Below are positions 61,501 to 64,000 of a DNA stretch of 64,000 bases, in pieces. Location: NCBI GenBank assembly GCA_002633005.1, contig NMRA01000474.1:1-64000 (forward strand), written 5' to 3'. Source of the DNA: Phoronis australis. Its lineage: Eukaryota; Animalia; Phoronida. Made by a program: the position numbers and the translations under genes. Positions within the stretch are counted from its first letter, which is position 1. Each line of letters begins with the position of its first letter. The notes beneath the pieces are model-generated. The model saw only the letters and a list, made by a program, of their open reading frames with translations, was not told where the DNA came from and did no database searches.

Positions 61501-63344
61501 TTGTAGTGTTAAATAATTCCGTTTTGGACCGTCTTGGAGCACCCTTGGGATTTCTTGCAGTAAATGAGACTAATTTATGTGTAAACTACATTTTCTGTCT
61601 TGATAATTCAAACACAGATTCGGTTCTTGATTTTAAGGTTCACATCATTCCAACTTTTTGCCATGACATCACTTCACAAAGTTAACTGAGGGCACATTAT
61701 TGATTTTGTAAGGTGAAATCATATTTCATTTTCACAACAGATGGCAGACTTATCGACCCTGCCACGGGCATCGACATGACGACCCTGTTCGAGGAGCTAC
61801 GTCGACTGCGCATTACATTGGAACGCTCCATCGAGAACAACAACTTGCTGAGACAGAGGCTGGAGGAGATGTTGGCGAAGGGAAGTAATTCCCCCTCGCA
61901 GCGAGACCAGCGTCTGGGTGATCATTCACCCTTGTACCGGGATCAGCTTCGTGACAGTAATGACCCCTCACAGGAGGATCGACACCATCAGCGGCAGTCG
62001 CCAAGTGAACGTTATGGAAGAGCACCATCATCGCATTCCCAGCGATACAACGGTGGTTCTCCTCACCGTCGTCATCGGAATGGTGTAACCCATCATAATG
62101 AGGGTCATGGTTCAGACTTAAGTTATCGATCACAAGGTATGCCAATGGTCATTACTGTTTATTCACGGTCCTCATTAAGTTATGTGTCGATATTTGCAAG
62201 CTTAAATTCTTCCTCGTTTCACTGTGGTCATTTTTGTTTCATGGACTGCCATGCATCAATCAACTTGAGTTTGAATGTCCACAAATTAAATAGTGATTAT
62301 ATTTACCACAGTTCACTCATTATCTTTGTCTGGCATTTCATGTATATTCTATGCCATCAGGTGGCGCTAATAGGCGACTTAGCAATGGCTATTATGCCAA
62401 TGGTAGCCCAGATGACAGTCTCCATGCACAAGATCTGGTAACCAGTGTGAAAGGTCAAGGTAAGGCATTCTTTTTAAGTACAGTACATTTTTTATGACAT
62501 ACCTTTCTCTTTTGTTTGTTTACAAATGGGTTTGTTGTGGTTTCTTTAGTTATCTCTCTGCGTACTGCATTTGGTTGCTGAAACAGTGCTCAGCCACAGT
62601 CTTGTCAAGGCGCTGATTGTATTTCATCTGTTGTAGGTCCCTTGGCCACGGACTCTATCCACCGCCAGTATGTTTCTGGTGCGGGTGACCATGGCAACTT
62701 CCAGTCCCCAGTGCGCGACTTTACCGACAAGAATGGATCTGGTGCGGAACGCCTGCGCTCGGGTAATCTTTCGTTTCAGAGTGTGAAAAACACATGCTAA
62801 GGGCATCCGGACCATTCCTAATATTTTGTTTTGTTTAAGTGTTGTTTAAGGGTGATGATGTCACGTGTTGTAGTTAATTTAGATTAGTCTCTATGATGCA
62901 CAAGTGTGCCTTACTTAACTGATTCTGAAAGAACTGACCGCTTGTTTGTGCTTGAGGCCAGGCGCATTGAGCTGACTATCCGACTCGTCATTTTATGCAA
63001 GTAGCATGGTCTCGACCACGAATACACTGCTTGGCCTTCGCAAAGTTAGGAAATAAGTTCTTGTCTGAGTGTCGGACATGCCGAGACCAGTTTTGTGATA
63101 AGAAGTGGCCAAAGGCAGAAATTTTTTGAGATAGGGTGGTGCATAGGTTCAACCGTATCAAGTGACCCTTTCTTTGCTGTAGGTCCCGCCAGTCAGCCAT
63201 CGTGGTCCATTCGCTCATCCCCTCACACCACTCTGCAGTCCAGTCCAGGCCGTCTGACCACTGGTCATCCAGAGCAGGACTCTCTGGTCGACTTGCCACT
63301 GGACGCCTCCAAGTACCACATCATGGACCCTCCTCAGACCATAG
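8231..63344 (+). CDS. CDK5RAP2: Centrosomin-family gene (CDK5RAP2/PDE4DIP-myomegalin/Cnn-like), 37 coding exons in window, 3'-incomplete
   Basis: Exons read by hand, all GT-AG and phase-consistent: 8231-8283, 19330-19403, 20748-20920, 22372-22448, 23237-23303, 25955-26032, 26514-26711, 27252-27410, 28178-28219, 28451-28663, 29424-29516, 29664-29843, 30496-30705, 35658-35795, 36966-37223, 38302-38397, 39664-39759, 41066-41161, 41727-41921, 42927-43103, 45685-45772, 48553-48761, 49927-51135, 52173-52746, 53875-53956, 55547-55586, 56179-57025, 57493-57648, 58300-58800, 59350-59513, 59838-60134, 60821-61005, 61309-61418, 61741-62136, 62361-62459, 62637-62762, 63183-63344 (sum 7918 nt, no in-frame stop seen). 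Family motifs: CM1 SPVRARTMKEYDQEITELKKENFSLKLRIYFLEE, DEKFAAVE..RERDHDLER and HLEEIRRLRERLEESIAVNDRLREQLE. The symbol is family-level. Confidence 0.9.
8577..8694. mobile_element. Short palindromic MITE with a 20-bp perfect inverted repeat; relative at 25543-25668
   Basis: GTTCAGTAACGCTAGGACCT ... AGGTCCTAGCGTTACTGAAC; shared core GCGAGATATTGCCGTGTATTT..AAATGAGA.CACGTGACTTTGGC. Confidence 0.8.
10029..12726. mobile_element. About 2.7-kb non-autonomous DNA transposon with GGGCAATTCC termini
   Basis: GGGCAATTCC at 10029, GGAATTGCCC ending at 12726; repeated GTACGTC(C/T)GTCACA motifs near both ends; no clear TSD and no ORF. Confidence 0.55.
12892..13119. mobile_element. MITE, TIR CAGGGCTTGGAAT, 6-bp TSD TTATTC
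   Basis: TTATTC|CAGGGCTTGGAAT...ATTCCAAGCTCTG|TTATTC. Confidence 0.85.
15620..19200 (-). mobile_element. Heavily decayed non-LTR retrotransposon (CR1/L2/Crack-like) relic
   Basis: Minus-strand remnant RYGLLVWARSS (about 15920-15955, cf. YGxxVWG) and weak remnants of RT motifs in colinear order at higher coordinates; many stops; boundaries approximate. Confidence 0.4.
19330..19403 (+). CDS. CDK5RAP2: Exon 2: (S)ANPDHLAEVTFGANVVKMTDGTVG
   Basis: TTTTTCAG acceptor, GTGAGT donor; bridges phase 2 to phase 1 exactly. Confidence 0.75.
19762..19848 (-). mobile_element. LINE (L2/Crack-type) or SINE 3'-end fragment
   Basis: Minus strand AGGGCCCTCTTGGAAAGCAG..CTGAAGAGGCCACCCT hairpin followed by (AATA)n. 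Confidence 0.5.
20748..20920 (+). CDS. CDK5RAP2: Exon 3, CM1 (Cnn_1N) gamma-TuRC-binding motif
   Basis: RARTMKEYDQEITELKKENFSLKLRIYFLEEKVQQ, the diagnostic centrosomin motif 1. Confidence 0.97.
22372..22448 (+). CDS. CDK5RAP2: Exon 4: TIELKIQVESLKKDLMDKQELLKTAS (end of CM1 region)
   Basis: Matches the family IELKVEVESLK motif; TTCAG acceptor, GTGAGT donor. Confidence 0.92.
22705..22926. mobile_element. MITE with roughly 50-bp imperfect TIRs
   Basis: GCCATTTTCAAATTTGT..TTGGCCAACCTCAATAAAC versus GTTTATTGAGGTTGGCCAA..ACAAATTTGAAAATGGC. Confidence 0.8.
23237..23303 (+). CDS. CDK5RAP2: Exon 5 (duplicate copy at 24158-24224)
   Basis: NAMDSLSIQHQEVQEKLQETEQ; phase 2 to 0. Confidence 0.85.
24565..25060. 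mobile_element. MITE, TIR CAGGGCTTGGAAT, 6-bp TSD ATAAAC; polymorphic insertion
   Basis: ATAAAC|CAGGGCTTGGAAT...ATTCCAAGCCCTG|ATAAAC; empty site visible in the duplicate at about 23630-23650. Confidence 0.92.
25543..25668. mobile_element. Second copy of the 8577-8694 MITE family
   Basis: Same termini and core. Confidence 0.75.
25955..28663 (+). CDS. CDK5RAP2: Exons 6-10, coiled coil (25955-26032, 26514-26711, 27252-27410, 28178-28219, 28451-28663)
   Basis: Phase-0 exons, E/K/Q/L-rich heptads, canonical splice sites. Confidence 0.88.
29424..30705 (+). CDS. CDK5RAP2: Exons 11-13 (29424-29516, 29664-29843, 30496-30705)
   Basis: Phase-0 coiled-coil exons with canonical splice sites. Confidence 0.88.
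32186..33452 (+). CDS. CDK5RAP2: Second copy of exons 11-13 (32186-32278, 32432-32611, 33243-33452), probably the other haplotype
   Basis: Same exon lengths, near-identical sequence, starts just after the n at 31886. Confidence 0.8.
34021..35410. mobile_element. About 1.4-kb non-autonomous DNA transposon, TIR (C/T)AGTGTTCTCCA, 5-bp TSD TAATA; partial copy at 31300-31885
   Basis: TAATA|TAGTGTTCTCCA...TGGAGAACACTG|TAATA; subterminal GCGTCGAGTTTGG repeats at both ends. Confidence 0.8.
35658..43103 (+). CDS. CDK5RAP2: Exons 14-20 (35658-35795, 36966-37223, 38302-38397, 39664-39759, 41066-41161, 41727-41921, 42927-43103)
   Basis: Exon 14 has the myomegalin-like DEKF..RERDHDLER motif; all phase 0. 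Confidence 0.85.
36268..36474. repeat. 26-bp minisatellite, about 8 copies
   Basis: TTGGCCTTATAAAGACATC(A/G)CTGTAT in tandem, no spacers. Confidence 0.95.
37561..37611. repeat. Compound microsatellite (TG)n(CGTG)n(CG)n
   Basis: Direct reading; alternating purine-pyrimidine. Confidence 0.95.
39744..39935 (+). repeat. Degenerate 65-66-bp tandem repeat containing the exon 17 end and donor
   Basis: GGAGTTTGAGTTGCAG|GTCAGTGGGGTCCCACCTC units at 39744, 39810 and 39875. Confidence 0.8.
42319..42492. repeat. Dispersed repeat, copy of 4945-5117
   Basis: Colinear high similarity by eye. Confidence 0.85.
45685..48761 (+). CDS. CDK5RAP2: Exons 21-22 (45685-45772, 48553-48761)
   Basis: Phase 0 to 1 to 0 is consistent; canonical splice sites. 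Confidence 0.75.
45924..46389. mobile_element. MITE-like element, TIR CA(G/C)GCCTTTAT(G/C)CAG
   Basis: CAGGCCTTTATGCAG...CTGGATAAAGGCGTG; internal TGGACGCCC repeats; TSD not clean. Confidence 0.6.
47985..48225. repeat. Degenerate (CTA/TAG)n low-complexity tract
   Basis: Direct reading. Confidence 0.6.
49927..51135 (+). CDS. CDK5RAP2: Exon 23, large coiled-coil/disordered exon
   Basis: 403-codon open frame within ORF 49894..51156; CCAG acceptor, AAG|GTAATA donor. Confidence 0.92.
52173..55586 (+). CDS. CDK5RAP2: Exons 24-26 (52173-52746, 53875-53956, 55547-55586)
   Basis: Phases 0-1-2-0 chain correctly; strong donors GTGAGA, GTAAGT, GTGAGT. Confidence 0.8.
53356..53680 (-). mobile_element. 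Penelope-like element 3' relic (GIY-YIG C-terminal part)
   Basis: TAMGEHILVTGHTISLASSRILAKEQNWHTRKLKEVTNI..LNQDRGLHL matches the PLE pattern SAVAEH..GH.I..ILA.E..W..RK.KEA..I..LNRD.G. Confidence 0.75.
55139..55178. repeat. (GT)n/(GCGT)n microsatellite
   Basis: Direct reading. Confidence 0.9.
56179..58800 (+). CDS. CDK5RAP2: Exons 27-29 (56179-57025, 57493-57648, 58300-58800)
   Basis: S/R-rich disordered exon, then the conserved HLEEIRRLRERLEESIAVNDRLREQLE motif, then coiled coil. Confidence 0.9.
58895..59030 (+). repeat. G/A-rich tandem repeat of about 47 bp echoing the exon 29 end
   Basis: GTGAAGGTCAGGGCCTGAGGGAGAAG(G/T)ATAG units; exon end is GGGCTTGAGGGAGAAGGATG. Confidence 0.75.
59350..63344 (+). 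CDS. CDK5RAP2: Exons 30-37 (59350-59513, 59838-60134, 60821-61005, 61309-61418, 61741-62136, 62361-62459, 62637-62762, 63183-63344)
   Basis: Phase-consistent chain; includes FEELRRLRITLERSIENNNLLRQRLE; CM2 and the stop codon are not reached. Confidence 0.85.
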
Positions 63345-64000
63345 GTGGTGCTTCTTGCCCAGTTTGTACTGTTAGAACTACTGTGGTGGAACTTTGAGTC
63401 AGCGGAAATTGTAGAACTTAACTTATGTCACTCATCCAAGCTGAAATTGAGAGAGATCTGTCTAAAATGCTGTGTGATTTCATTTTTGGCTTTAAAAAAT
63501 TAACCGCGTACACGCTTGAAAGTGCTTAGGATATCCTAAAAATATTTTTTCAAGTTGGAAATATTTAAAAATGGATGCATTGTCTGAATCTGTCTTTACA
63601 TTCGTCTATTGCGACTACGCGGTGTGATTTAACAGGGCTCCATAATGTTTCTAGACATAACTGTATCTTGTTATCAACAGTCTGTCAATCAAGAACACGG
63701 ACCTCATAAGGCTTCCTTACTGTAATGTCAGCTGTTTTCTGCTTAGTCACAACTGTAAAGTGGGCAATAGTCACTAACAGGGGTCCCTAATCTTGAGAAC
63801 CAGTTTGATGCCCACTGTTCAGTGGCAGCAACTGGTTATCAAAATGTGGAGGCGCCTGTGAGTCACTATTGCCGTAAACTGGGCCACCAAATTTCGGTCC
63901 ACTGGCATCTTTAAATGTAAACTGTGGAAGAAGTGGTTTAAAGTCCTGTTTACACAATTCGCTTAGTGTTTTTGATACATCATGCAATCCACTTGCACCA

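Overview
Eukaryotic DNA, most likely from a bilaterian invertebrate (AT-rich introns, GT-AG splicing, many TE relics). The window is dominated by one + strand multi-exon gene of the centrosomin / CDK5RAP2 / PDE4DIP (myomegalin) family. I could trace 37 phase-consistent coding exons from an ATG at 8231 to 63344 (about 2639 codons), including the CM1 gamma-tubulin-complex motif; the gene continues past the window. Four single-n joins (2232, 7781, 24155, 31886) border near-identical duplicates of parts of this gene, which are best read as two haplotypes interleaved by the assembler. A separate intronless minus-strand ORF (about 738 aa, ATG 4863 to stop 2647) encodes an acidic, internally repeated orphan protein with a compact CRE/CCAAT promoter. 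The introns carry non-autonomous DNA transposons with CAG-type ends and unusual 5- and 6-bp target-site duplications (one with its empty site visible), LINE and Penelope relics with degenerate hammerhead-like motifs, a minisatellite and microsatellites. I found no clearly new multi-gene system. The best leads are the orphan gene, the 6-bp-TSD transposon family, and recurrent splice-donor-associated sequence patterns.
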